Assembly (NCBI GenBank): GCA_947085205.1
Contig: CAMTVO010000020.1
Coordinates: 1-64,000 of the forward strand
Length of the DNA: 64,000 nucleotides
Origin: an uncultured Nitrospiraceae bacterium
GTDB lineage: Bacteria > Nitrospirota > Thermodesulfovibrionia > Thermodesulfovibrionales > Dissulfurispiraceae
Reading direction: 5' to 3'
In this document: positions 27,591 to 37,800 of the stretch, in pieces
Layout of the letters: each line of letters starts with the position of its first letter
Numbering within the stretch: the stretch's first letter is position 1
Made by a program: the position numbers and the translations under genes
Notes under the pieces: generated by a model
Told to the model about the DNA's origin: nothing
What the model saw: only the letters and a program-made list of their open reading frames with translations
The model's database searches: none

Positions 27591-28580
27591 ATGAATAAAA
27601 AGATATTTATAAGCCTTTTTCTTTTTACGCTTTTCTTAAGTCCTGCTTTTGCCTCTGAAAAGCAGGAATGTCCCGTAAACCCCAAGAATATTGTTTATGA
27701 AAAATACACATCGGGGGGTAATTTTTTTGTTGTATTGATCCCTAAAGGCTGGGGCAAAAAAGAAAAGAATTTTTCACACGCTTACACAAGAACAGGGGAT
27801 AAGGTATTCGGAGTAGAGCTTTCCGGACCGCATAATGCTGCTGGCTGTGTTCCAGTAGAAAAAGTACCTGGATCTGGAGGTGAGGTTATCCAAATAAAGC
27901 AGGGAACTGTCGGCACTTTCCATGAACTCCGGATAGGTGTCGCAAATATAATCAAAGCTGATTATCTTGATGAGGCTGGCACAAAAAAGCATGGTTTAAT
28001 AGCTATATTGATATTATTTATTGAAGGGAATCCCCCGCAAAAAAAGGACTTTAAAGTTCATGCGGGGCAGAAGATAATAATGGACAACTACTCAGTGTAT
28101 GTGGAAGAAATACGAGGAACAGTTAAAGGCTTAGTAATATTGCGGATAGAAGAGATTTCTAAATCTCCGTATAAAGACGAGGCCCGCCCGACAATCTCCG
28201 TTTTGTATTATGAGTACGGACAGTTTTTTAAAAGTTATGAGAGATATATCAACCTCAAAATAGGATCTTTCACGCGCCTCGCCCCGGAAAAAGATGTCTC
28301 TATTACAAATACGGCAGTGGCGGGAAGAGAGGCTAAAAAATTTGAGATTGAAAAATTTGAACTTATTATGCTGCCTTTTGATCCGCCTGATTTCAAGGAA
28401 GGCATCATGCATGAAATTGTCCCGCCTTCAAAGAAAGTTACAGTCATAGAAAGATACATTGTAATCCCGGCTGAGAAAGGTTTTTATGTATTGAACTACA
28501 GGGCCTCGCCTGATATTGTAAAAAGTATTGAAGGGATATTTGAAAAGATTTTAAACTCTTTTGAACCATTGACAAAATGA
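27591..28580 (+). CDS. exported hypothetical protein (PsbP/Mog1-like fold, with probable internal insertion)
   Basis: Signal peptide AFA-SEK; IPKGW near the N-terminus; FYVLNYRA...FEKILNSFEP at the C-terminus. Confidence 0.6.
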   Translation: MNKKIFISLFLFTLFLSPAFASEKQECPVNPKNIVYEKYTSGGNFFVVLIPKGWGKKEKNFSHAYTRTGDKVFGVELSGPHNAAGCVPVEKVPGSGGEVIQIKQGTVGTFHELRIGVANIIKADYLDEAGTKKHGLIAILILFIEGNPPQKKDFKVHAGQKIIMDNYSVYVEEIRGTVKGLVILRIEEISKSPYKDEARPTISVLYYEYGQFFKSYERYINLKIGSFTRLAPEKDVSITNTAVAGREAKKFEIEKFELIMLPFDPPDFKEGIMHEIVPPSKKVTVIERYIVIPAEKGFYVLNYRASPDIVKSIEGIFEKILNSFEPLTK

Positions 28581-28619
28581 AAGAATTATACGACTGGAAA
28601 AATTTTCATGGGAGGGGAT

Positions 28620-29816
28620 ATGTTTACATTTAAGAGTTTATTGCGCTCTTTAGCAGGCAGGCTTGGGGTTATTGCTATACTGTCAATAAGTTCAGCTTCA
28701 ATTTTTGCCGCTGAAAAGCTTGCCCCAGTCCCGCACTCAATGCGGGATAAGCAGGGGCCGGAGATATCTGCACAGGATTCAGATATTCAGAAGAGCAACT
28801 GGCTACTTGGCGTGATACTCAAGCTGGGAAATATGAGAGACAAGGCAATAGCGGATATTCAGAAATACGAAGGTGAAATCCAGAAATGCGACACCACTAT
28901 AAGTAAATCTGAAAACATTGTAAGACTTGCCCAGCAGAAAGGTAATGTGCAGGCGGAAATAATTGCCCGTGAGGCATCGCTCAAGGCACAGGAAGCAAAG
29001 TTAAAGAATAAAGAGAAAAAGAATTCAGCAGAGCTTAATAAGAAAAGGGTGGATGCGGCGCTCGACCATATGCGAAAGGACGGTGCGGAACCTGAGGCCA
29101 TGCTGGAGCAGGTTGAATTTGAAAATATGAACGACCGGTGGGTGCAGAACCAGAAGCATCTTATTGAACAACGGCTCAAGGAACCCAATCCTTATGCAAG
29201 TGAGATATACCGGTCGCTCAAGACGAAAGTCCCTCCTGTCCTGCCTGATAGAAAGTATGACAAGCTTCAGCCCGGTGATGTGCTTCTCTTTTCGCCAGAC
29301 GACACAAAGACTTTTTGGATTAATTTTGGAGATAAACTATCCTCAGCCTCTAAATCGCCTGCCTATCACACGGTTCTCTATCTCAAAGAAGTTAACGGCA
29401 AAAAGCTCTTCCTTGACAATAGACCGGGAAGGGGCTCTCATGTGATCAGCGAATAAGAGTTCTTGCGGACTTACGGCCGGAGTGACGCATTAGTCGCTTC
29501 GCTTGCGCAACCGTTAACAAAAGATGAGGCCGGTAAAATATGGAATACTGCCAAGGAATTGATAAAGAAAGAGTCTGTTATCCAGCAAAACGCGTCCGGG
29601 AACATTTTCGATAAGACAGGCTACGGTCTCTATGGGAATGACAACATGGTCTGTTCGGAAACTTCCCGCTGGGCCCTGGTCAAGGCCGGCCGGGATATTC
29701 CGGAAACTGCTTCCCCGCTCAAGAGGCTGCTCGGTATTCACTACGGCCCGTCAAACTTTTATAACGATAACCACAATTTTATTATAACCCCTTTATGGGG
29801 CGCTGCAGAAAAGTGA
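28620..29816 (+). pseudogene. exported coiled-coil + permuted NlpC/P60 (YiiX-like) protein split by one in-frame TAA at 29454-29456
   Basis: ORFs 28608-29456 and 29463-29816 share a frame; LQPGDVLLF...YHTVLY precedes the stop and MVCSE follows it (His-before-Cys order). Confidence 0.65.
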
Positions 29817-29819
29817 CCT

Positions 29820-29957
29820 ATGAAGCCAGTAATTACTCAAGGGGACAGGACCATGATAATCAATGCAGGGCACAAAGGCGCTGTTGCAAAAGACGGCAAG
29901 TTATCAGAACCAGAAAAGATTGATTTATCAAAAATAGAAAGGTGGTGGGAAAAGTGA
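29820..29957 (+). pseudogene. orphan C-terminal tail, FecR-domain-like
   Basis: MKPVITQGDRTMIINAGHKGAVAKDGKLSEPEKIDLSKIERWWEK*; resembles the last strands of FecR-domain proteins (from recall, not searched). Confidence 0.4.
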
Positions 29958-29959
29958 AA

Positions 29960-31000
29960 ATGAAAGAGAGATTATTAAATATCGCAGAAAACAGATTACT
30001 GGTAGTTTTCCTTGTTTGCATGGGCATGACATCTATTGTTGTAATGGCACCGCGAACGGCGATTGCCGGTATCGCACTCGATTGTGAAGGATCGGCACAA
30101 GCTTATGCGAGCCACAGGCCACCAATTCCCTGTTACTGCAGAGGCGGACGGATAGTTTGCGACTCACCCGGGAGTGCATCCGGAAGTTCTTCGCAAAGAG
30201 GGCTTTCCAGCAAGAACCAGATGAAACTGAATATGCTCCAGGGGGCAATGGACGGTTTCGCGAACGCATTCATCCGCTGGATGAATGCGCCATCAACCCC
30301 TCAACAGCGCTGCCCTACCCCCGAGCAGATCGCCGAGCAACAGGAGCGGGCCAAGGCCGAATGGCAGGCCAAGGTTCAGAAGCAGATCAACGATATGGAG
30401 AGCCAATACGCGCAGATGGAACGGCAGAAGGCTGAGGTCATCAGGAGCAAGCTTCTGTCCGGGATGAGGGGGGTGGAGAGCGGCAGCCCCGCCGGGCAGT
30501 CGTATGCGCTGATGCAGTTGCGATGCAGCGCTTTCTGGAGCGTGGAGGCTGCCAGGGCATCATCGGCAACGGATGTCGAAAAGTTCAGCCGCTTTGCCGA
30601 GAAACCCGATAACGTCAGCATGACTGAATGCGCCAATAAACTTCCGGCGCCCCCCATGCCGTCGTCCGGTGACGAATTCCGCATGGATATGTACGAAACG
30701 ATTATTCATGAGGTAAATCTGCGTATCCCGATGATCGAGCAGGCCAAGACAAAACAGCGCGAAGCCGATGACCGGGTTGCCGAAAAACGGCAAAAGGTTG
30801 ACGATCTGAAAAACAGGCAGGGGACAGCAGTTTCCGCAGAGGATAAACAGGCCACAGACGATCTCATGGCGGAAGCCATGCGGGAACTGGAGGTGGCCAA
30901 TGCGTTGAAGAGCGAAGCCGATGCCGGGCTTGGCAAGTTGAAATTGGAAATAGATGCCTTGAACGAGGTGGGAAACATGGCTGTCGGCGCTAAACAATAA
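29960..31000 (+). CDS. exported hypothetical protein, Cys-rich N-terminus + coiled coils
   Basis: Hydrophobic leader, C..IPCYC..C cluster, long helical region; visibly more GC-rich codons. Confidence 0.7.
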   Translation: MKERLLNIAENRLLVVFLVCMGMTSIVVMAPRTAIAGIALDCEGSAQAYASHRPPIPCYCRGGRIVCDSPGSASGSSSQRGLSSKNQMKLNMLQGAMDGFANAFIRWMNAPSTPQQRCPTPEQIAEQQERAKAEWQAKVQKQINDMESQYAQMERQKAEVIRSKLLSGMRGVESGSPAGQSYALMQLRCSAFWSVEAARASSATDVEKFSRFAEKPDNVSMTECANKLPAPPMPSSGDEFRMDMYETIIHEVNLRIPMIEQAKTKQREADDRVAEKRQKVDDLKNRQGTAVSAEDKQATDDLMAEAMRELEVANALKSEADAGLGKLKLEIDALNEVGNMAVGAKQ

Positions 31001-31024
31001 CCGCTCAATTAAGGAGATATCGCC

Positions 31025-32062
31025 ATGAAAAGAGCTTCGATGAACTGCATTCTTATGACGCTAGCAATCTTGCTGCTGCTCCCGCTGCCTCTCTTTGCAC
31101 AGCAGGATGTCCCGGAGGGGGCAAGAGGGCATTTCAAAGCAGGGGTGGCATTGATCGAAAAAGCGAACAAACCTGCCGACTTCCTGGCGGCCATCACCGA
31201 GTTCGAGGCTGCCGCCGCCCTCGCGCCGCAGTGGCCGGACATACACTACAACCTGGCAAAACTTGCCGCGGAGATAGACAAGCCGGCCAAGGCCATCAAG
31301 GAATACCGCACCTACCTGACCCTGGTGCCGGCAGCGGCCGACAGGGCTGCCGTAGAAGGAGAAATGGCTAGAATGAAAAAACTGATGGCGAGCAAGCGGA
31401 AAATCGGCCTGCCTGGCGTCAAATTTGTTGCCATGGCAGATGGCATCTGGGTGCTGCAAATTTTTCCCGGCAGCAGAGTCGCCAAAACCGGACTGCAGCG
31501 GGGGGACAAGATCGTCACGGTTGACAACACTAACGTTGCCGGGATGAATCTTGCTGATTTTTTCAAGACCGTCGAGACCAGCAGCCTGGGGCTATCGAAG
31601 GCCAGTGCGGCGCGGTTGCTCACCCGGCTGACCGGAGGCGATGAGAAGACATCTGTGACGGTGATGATGCTTAAAGTGAAACGAGCTGGCGACGATAAGG
31701 AAATATGGGCCCTCGGCACGAAGGAAATGTTCCACTCGCAGATACTGGAGATCGAGGAGGATGAGTTCGAGTCGGAAGTACTCAAGGCGACCCTGCCGGT
31801 GGTAGTGACGTTTTGGAACAGCGGGTGCGAGCCTTGTCGCCAATTCGTCCCTGTCGTCGAGGCGGAAAGCCCCAAATATGCCGGCAAGATCAAGTTCGTA
31901 AACGTCAACGTGGACGAGAACATGAAACTCGCCCAACAGTTGGCGGTGAAAGGCATACCAACCATGATGGTGTTCAAGGGCGGGGCGCTGGTGCCGAGCG
32001 ATACGGGAAAGCTGCCCCAGGAGAGGGTTGAAGAAATCCTGAAGAGTGCGGCGGCCCGATAA
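31025..32062 (+). CDS. exported TPR-PDZ-thioredoxin fusion
   Basis: Signal peptide; LAPQWPDIHYNLA (TPR); PGSRVAKTGLQRGDKIVTVD (PDZ); VVVTFWNSGCEPC...VNVDE...GIPT (thioredoxin). Confidence 0.82.
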   Translation: MKRASMNCILMTLAILLLLPLPLFAQQDVPEGARGHFKAGVALIEKANKPADFLAAITEFEAAAALAPQWPDIHYNLAKLAAEIDKPAKAIKEYRTYLTLVPAAADRAAVEGEMARMKKLMASKRKIGLPGVKFVAMADGIWVLQIFPGSRVAKTGLQRGDKIVTVDNTNVAGMNLADFFKTVETSSLGLSKASAARLLTRLTGGDEKTSVTVMMLKVKRAGDDKEIWALGTKEMFHSQILEIEEDEFESEVLKATLPVVVTFWNSGCEPCRQFVPVVEAESPKYAGKIKFVNVNVDENMKLAQQLAVKGIPTMMVFKGGALVPSDTGKLPQERVEEILKSAAAR

Positions 32063-32088
32063 GAGGGCTTGCTAACGAAGGAAAATCA

Positions 32089-32109
32089 ATCCCGGCGCAA
32101 TTCCGGGAT
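32089..32109 (+). terminator. short hairpin after the TPR-PDZ-thioredoxin gene
   Basis: ATCCCGG-CGCAATT-CCGGGAT; no U-tract. Confidence 0.3.
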
Positions 32110-32197
32110 CATAGCATACGGGGTCAGGCATGAGTATTGACTTATTTGAGCCGCATGAAAAATAGGTGGGCTATCCTGCTGGAAGGAGCAACAAAGA

Positions 32198-32725
32198 ATG
32201 AAATTCTTCATAAGAACTGCGCTTCTGATGATTTTCAGCATGAGCCTTTATTCCTGCATAGGCCCAGTTCCTGTTGATGTGGTAATGATAGACAATGAAC
32301 TGTTCTTCGTATTGGAAGAAGAGCATGAGATTACCTACCTGGAGGTAAGCACTTTTATAGATAAAAACAAAAGTGGCCCTGATAAATGGAGATACGAGAA
32401 TCTTAAGGTGATGTGGTTGCTGGGTTATGACGTCTCTACCCCGGTAAAGTCAAGGAAATATTTAGAATTGAGCCAGATACGCTACGGCAAGAAGTATGAC
32501 GGGTTTCAAGTGGTAAAGGGACCGGCGGAACTGCAGCGGAACGTGGAATACCATGTCGAGATAAAAATGGGCGACAGGTTCGCGAATGAAACATTCATCA
32601 TCACAAGCGACAACAAAGTAATTATGCCGGATCCGACGTTTGAACGCCAGAAGAACCGCAATTATTCAGTTTCGGTTGATAAGGACGGCAACAAAATACT
32701 TATCCTTGAGCCTGTCTCAAAATAG
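32198..32725 (+). CDS. hypothetical lipoprotein
   Basis: RBS AAGGAG, lipobox-like LYSC. Confidence 0.7.
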   Translation: MKFFIRTALLMIFSMSLYSCIGPVPVDVVMIDNELFFVLEEEHEITYLEVSTFIDKNKSGPDKWRYENLKVMWLLGYDVSTPVKSRKYLELSQIRYGKKYDGFQVVKGPAELQRNVEYHVEIKMGDRFANETFIITSDNKVIMPDPTFERQKNRNYSVSVDKDGNKILILEPVSK

Positions 32726-32836
32726 GTAATGTGCGGCAGTTTTTATAAACATAATCAGGGTTTTTGGTTTTCTATGATAAAAATAAAGGGAGTGAATTTA
32801 TTGCCTTGCGGGCAAGCATGGAGGGAAGCAGGACAA

Positions 32837-33124
32837 ATGGCTAAAACAGGGCTAAAGGTCTCAGACCCAAAGGTTCTTATAGGCATAGCGGCATTCCTTG
32901 TGTTGATAGGGGGAATGGTGATAGATCCTCTGGCAGGCTTTACATGCCTTGTGCTGGCAGGAATTCTCATGTTCATAGCAGGTCTATATCGAACAAGACG
33001 GGTGCGCTATATTGCCTTTTTCTTATTGATAATCATTATCGCCCTTGCAGTATCAAAATTTCCCGAAGCCGGCCGTCACCTCAAAGTTTATAAATCTAAA
33101 ACAGTGACAGGAGGCATGAAATGA
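32837..33124 (+). CDS. small 3-TM membrane protein
   Basis: ATG 32837 after AGGA; paralog-like to 26901-27212. Confidence 0.6.
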   Translation: MAKTGLKVSDPKVLIGIAAFLVLIGGMVIDPLAGFTCLVLAGILMFIAGLYRTRRVRYIAFFLLIIIIALAVSKFPEAGRHLKVYKSKTVTGGMK

Positions 33125-33672
33125 TACTCAGATTGCATTTGGTAATCTTAATCTCTGCGGTTATTTTATTAAGTTCGAATATAGCTTCTGCTGAACCGCT
33201 GAAATCTTCAGGGCTTGATATGATTGAGCCTGATGAATATGAGATATTTAATGCAGTCCTTGATAAATATGACGCTTTTGTCTCACTTGAAAGAATAACT
33301 ATATTTGAAAAGAGATTAGATAATGCCGCTATTAAGCATTTGACTCAATCAGGCATGCAGATTGATAATTATCTGACTGACGATTTTAATAAGAGAAACA
33401 GCAGATCATATGAGCTTGAAAAAAGATTCTCTAAAAAGAGATATTTCATGGATGAATCGCATCCACGTTTTCCGGACAGAGTCAAGGAAAGCGTAAAAAT
33501 ATCGAGGGCAGGCTTCGATAAACAAAAAAATAAGGCGGTCATTTTTATAAGGTATCGGAGCATCGCGCCGCAAAAAGCATTTTACGAAGAAGGCAACTTT
33601 GTCTTTCTTGAGAGGAAGGAGGGCAAATGGATTGTAATAAAAACAGTAATGGCATCGCAAAGGTATTATTAA
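33121..33672 (+). CDS. exported hypothetical protein
   Basis: Signal peptide ASA-EP; ISRAGFDKQKNKAVI...FLERKEGKWIV. Confidence 0.7.
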   Translation: MILRLHLVILISAVILLSSNIASAEPLKSSGLDMIEPDEYEIFNAVLDKYDAFVSLERITIFEKRLDNAAIKHLTQSGMQIDNYLTDDFNKRNSRSYELEKRFSKKRYFMDESHPRFPDRVKESVKISRAGFDKQKNKAVIFIRYRSIAPQKAFYEEGNFVFLERKEGKWIVIKTVMASQRYY

Positions 33673-33857
33673 TGAAATACATCTTTAAGATATTGTGCGC
33701 CTTTGTTTTCATTGCATCGGTTCTAAACCCTGCAACCGCATCTGAAAAGCTTGCCCCAGCAGGCCTGCCCTCGAACGCATCTATCGGGGACAGTAAGCAG
33801 GGGCCGGAGATATTTGTGCAATTGGGGCATAATCAGTGCTATAATTCAAGCAGATAA
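33672..33857 (+). pseudogene. truncated 5' end of a WD40(-caspase)-type gene
   Basis: Signal peptide then EK[18-aa insert]PEIFVQLGH, matching EKPEIFVQLGH of the 34841 gene, then a stop just before the TA pair. Confidence 0.7.
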
Positions 33858-33873
33858 AAAGGAGGTGATTTTT

Positions 33874-34062
33874 ATGAAAGAGGCAATGATAAAACTGCAA
33901 ATAGAAAGCCTTGAGCAGCAGATGAAGGTTTTAAAATCTAAAATAGTTTTCCCTAAAAAAGAAAAAACCTTATCAACAATGTATGGCATTTTTGAGGGCA
34001 AGATGGACATGTCTTTAGAGGAGATTAAGAAATATGAATATTCCTTTGAGGGTAAGGTATGA
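33874..34062 (+). CDS. putative antitoxin
   Basis: Strong RBS AAGGAGGTG, 62 aa, GTATGA overlap with the PIN gene. Confidence 0.7.
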   Translation: MKEAMIKLQIESLEQQMKVLKSKIVFPKKEKTLSTMYGIFEGKMDMSLEEIKKYEYSFEGKV

Positions 34063-34445
34063 CCTATGTTGTAGATACCCATATATTTATCTGGTTTTTA
34101 GATAAGAACAAGAGACTGAATCCCCGTCATTACCAAATACTGATTGATAAAAATAATAACTTTGTCCTGCCTGTGATTGTATTGGCAGAAATCAAACACC
34201 TTATTTCTCTAAAACGAATAAAAGTAGCTTTTGAAGAGGTTATAGACTATCTCGGCGAGTCTGATAATTGTATTATTTATCCAGTGGATGAAGATGTTGT
34301 TGAAAAAATGCCGGACGGACTTAATATTCATGATGCTTTGATTGTTGCAACAGGGCTTGTCTATAAAAATATGCTTGGGGAAGATGTAATACTACTTACT
34401 GAAGACGAGGAAATTATAAAAGCCGATGTTCTTCCTGTTATTTAA
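34059..34445 (+). CDS. PIN-domain (VapC-like) toxin
   Basis: YVVDTHIFIW, VLAEI, IHDALIVATG, LLTEDEEI. Confidence 0.9.
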   Translation: MTYVVDTHIFIWFLDKNKRLNPRHYQILIDKNNNFVLPVIVLAEIKHLISLKRIKVAFEEVIDYLGESDNCIIYPVDEDVVEKMPDGLNIHDALIVATGLVYKNMLGEDVILLTEDEEIIKADVLPVI

Positions 34446-34486
34446 CCTATCATGTCATGCCCTGCTTTTACTATGATAGTAATAAT

Positions 34487-34528
34487 GTGAAAATTACCTT
34501 GACCCCATAGGCCTATATTCCTTAAGAT
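34487..34528 (+). promoter_or_regulatory. locus motif copy 4 plus sigma70 promoter
   Basis: GTGAAAATTACC-TTGACC-N18-TAAGAT; upstream CCCTGCTTTTA shared with copy 3. Confidence 0.75.
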
Positions 34529-34557
34529 TCTTTAAACGACAAACAAAGGAGGAATTT

Positions 34558-34764
34558 ATGGTTGGTATAGGCTTGATGGAATTTATTGTTTTGTTTGTCC
34601 TTTTTGTGCCCTTCGGGTTAATGTTAATCGCATTTGTGGACATCCTCAGGAGTGAGTTTACGGGCTCGAACAAGATTGTCTGGCTGATCGCTGTGATACT
34701 CGTTCCCTTTATTGGTCCCATAGCCTACTTTTTCATCGGCAGGAAGCAGAAGGTAAAAAAGTGA
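34558..34764 (+). CDS. PLDc_N-like small membrane protein
   Basis: AFVDILRSEF...KIVWLIAVILVPFIGPIAYFFIGR; RBS AGGAGG. Confidence 0.85.
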   Translation: MVGIGLMEFIVLFVLFVPFGLMLIAFVDILRSEFTGSNKIVWLIAVILVPFIGPIAYFFIGRKQKVKK

Positions 34765-34840
34765 GAGAAAATTATTAAGAGGGGCAGGAGGAATTATAAT
34801 TTCGGTAAAGAGAGGCTCTTCTTTAAATAGCAGGAGGGAT

Positions 34841-37800
34841 ATGTTTAGATTTAAGAGTTTATTGCGCTCTTTAGCGGTCTGGTTTGAGGTTATTGCCATA
34901 CTGTCAATCAGCCCTGTTTCTGTCTCTGCAGCTGAAAAGCCTGAGATTTTTGTGCAACTGGGGCATACATCGTCAATAAACGTGATTGCAATATCACCGG
35001 ACAACAAGTTCATCCTTTCCGGAAGTGATGACAATAGTATAAAACTCTGGGAAGCCGCCACCGGAAGGCTGATCAGAACTTTTAAAGATAATGAAGATAT
35101 AAATTTCGTTTCCTTTCTGCCCGGTGGCAAATCTTTTTTTTCACTCAACGATAAGGGTAATGTCTGTATCTGGGATATCCAGACCGGCGATAAAATAAAG
35201 GAATTTTCTTTGGGGGAAACGGGTCAAGCCAGCTTGCGATCCGCCATTTCCTATGACGGCGCTATGCTACGGGTAATCGTCGGTCTTAAACTATATGTCG
35301 CCGATATATTAACAGGAACAATAACAAAATCAATCGAGTCGCCCAAAGCAGCGCCCGTCAGCGGTTACCTCGGCTTTGGTTTTGGATCCAGAAACGTTAT
35401 CACTGCCGATGGCAGACGAATGCTTTCGTCTGTGAAGGAAAACCCCTCGGAATCGGTCATGGACAGCAAAGATAAAAAACTTATGCTCTGGGACATATCA
35501 ACCGGTAGAATTATTTCTACTTTTACCGGCCATGATGATCGTATTGACGTAATTGCCTTATCGCTCGACGATAAGCTCGCGCTCTCCGGCAGCCGTGACA
35601 AAACCGTCCGGATTTGGGATTTAAAAAGAGGAAAAGCGATAGCCACATTTGCCGGGCATCAAAAACAGATTGAAGCCGTCGCCATTTCGCCCGACCAGAA
35701 ATATGTCCTTTCCGGCAGTAAGGACAACACCATGAAGCTCTGGGATATTGAGGCGGAAAAAGAAATCCGAACTTTTGCCCATGATTGCCCTGTCACCTTT
35801 GTCCGGTTTTCACCGGATGGCATGTTCGCTCTTTCCGGAGACGATAAAGGAGCGCTGCGGATATGGGATATAAAGACCGGCATGGAAGTCAAAGCGCTGA
35901 AAAGCTATGCCACCAACTCTCGTGCCATGGCGTTATCCGCGGACGGAAATTATGTGCTTACTGGCTCTAATGACGGACAGGTAAGGCTTTGGGACGCAGC
36001 ATCAGGAAAATTGCAAAAAACGATATCCGCCCATCGTGAAGGGATTTCCGCCGTGAAATTTACGCCGGACGGCAAGTATGCCCTTTCCGCGAGTTATGAC
36101 AAGACCTTAAAGTTATGGGATTTGAGCGACGGGAAACTGCAAAGAACATTTTCCGGGCATCCCGGCCAGGTTTATAAGGCCGTCATTTCTCCCGACGGAT
36201 TGTATGCCTTAAGCTCGGCGCAGGAGGGCGATGTGCGGCTGTGGAATATCAGTAGTGGCGCAGAAATCAAAGCCTTTAAATTTTCCGGTATGATTAAATC
36301 TATCGGCTTTACGGCGGATAGCCGGCATCTCGTGATCGCGCATGACCAGAAAAAATTCGGTTCAGGCAACACGGTCAAGGTTCTGACTTTAGACGGGAAA
36401 GAAGTTAAAAATTATTACGATGTTTCTCTGGGCAGATATTCCAATGATGGGAAATATTTTCTGGCCAATAGCTTTAAGGAACCGACGGACAAAGAGCAGA
36501 GGCTTTTTGATTCCGAAGCCAAACAAAAAAAACCATTCTTCCGCAACGATAGTTATAATAAAAAAACACTGGTGGAGATCGCCGACGGCAAGGTATTGGG
36601 ACATTTCGGGCAGAGCGGCGCTATTGTTTATGTATCCACTTCCGCCAATAACGATATCATCTTAACAAAGAATTATTATGATCAGGACATTCGCCTTTGG
36701 GATGTCCGCACCGGCAAAGAAGTGCGCCGATTCCCCGTCAAATTCGGATTACTTTCTCCCGATGGCAGTAAAGTCATCGCCCCGGCCGGTAAAACATTGC
36801 AAGCCTTTGATACTGCCACCGGCCGCGGTTTGCCCGCTTTTAACGGCAGTGCGACGGGTGACATCAGCTCTTTTGCCCTTTCGGCCAAAGGCGGTTATGC
36901 TGTTACCGGTGATAATACTGGCGCCATCCAGTTTTGGGATGTGACCGGCAGTAAATTAATAAAAACCATCAAGGCTGAGGAGAGGGAGGCTATTTCCGCG
37001 GTCGCCTTTTCTCCCGACAATAAATATGCCGCTTCCCTATCCAGGTTTGGGGCGGCCAAAATCTGGGATTTGCGCGAAGGCAGCAAGGTTTCTGAATTTA
37101 AAATTGATTTTATACCCAGGTATTATGATGAGTTGGAGGCCGGCGATTATGTAGACTATGGAAATGGCATTCTGGCTTTCTCGCCCGACGGTCGCTATCT
37201 GGCTTCCGGCAGCAAACTTTGGGAAGTTTCCTCGGGAAAAAAGGCGCTGGATTTTCAAACCCCCTTTGGCCCCGGCCCCTGGGTTACATTTTCACCTGAC
37301 GGAAATTATCTGCTTTCCAGAAATACGATTTGGGATGTTTTCTCAGGCCGGCGCGTAAAAACGTTGGAAAGCATCAAGGACGCAAAGTCAGTCTATTCTT
37401 CTGATGGAAAATTTATCTATGCCGCTGATGCTGAAGGGTCTTTCTATGTTGTCGATTCGGATACCGGCAAGCTTGTCCGCAAGTTTGTCAACTTTGTTTC
37501 CGCAAGGTCCTTTGAAGTGTCGCCGGACAAGAAAATGCTGATTGCGGAAGAGACGGATTACAACGATTTGACTTTGTGGGATTTAACATCGGGCAAAAAA
37601 AGCGCTACGATCGAGATTAATCAGAGCATTTCAAGCGTATTACTCAGCGCTGATGCGCGCAATGCCGTTTTGAATAACTGGGTTTCTGTAAGGCAATTCA
37701 ACATTGCCACCGGCAAGGAAATCGCGCAATTCATCAGCTTCACCGATGGCGAATGGATAGTTCTCACGCCTGAAGGCTATTTCAATGCCTCGCCGAATGG

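Noticed and set aside
33751..33873. N-terminal extension of the antitoxin ORF
   Set aside because: It derives from the palindromic insert and WD40 stump; the strong RBS points to ATG 33874.
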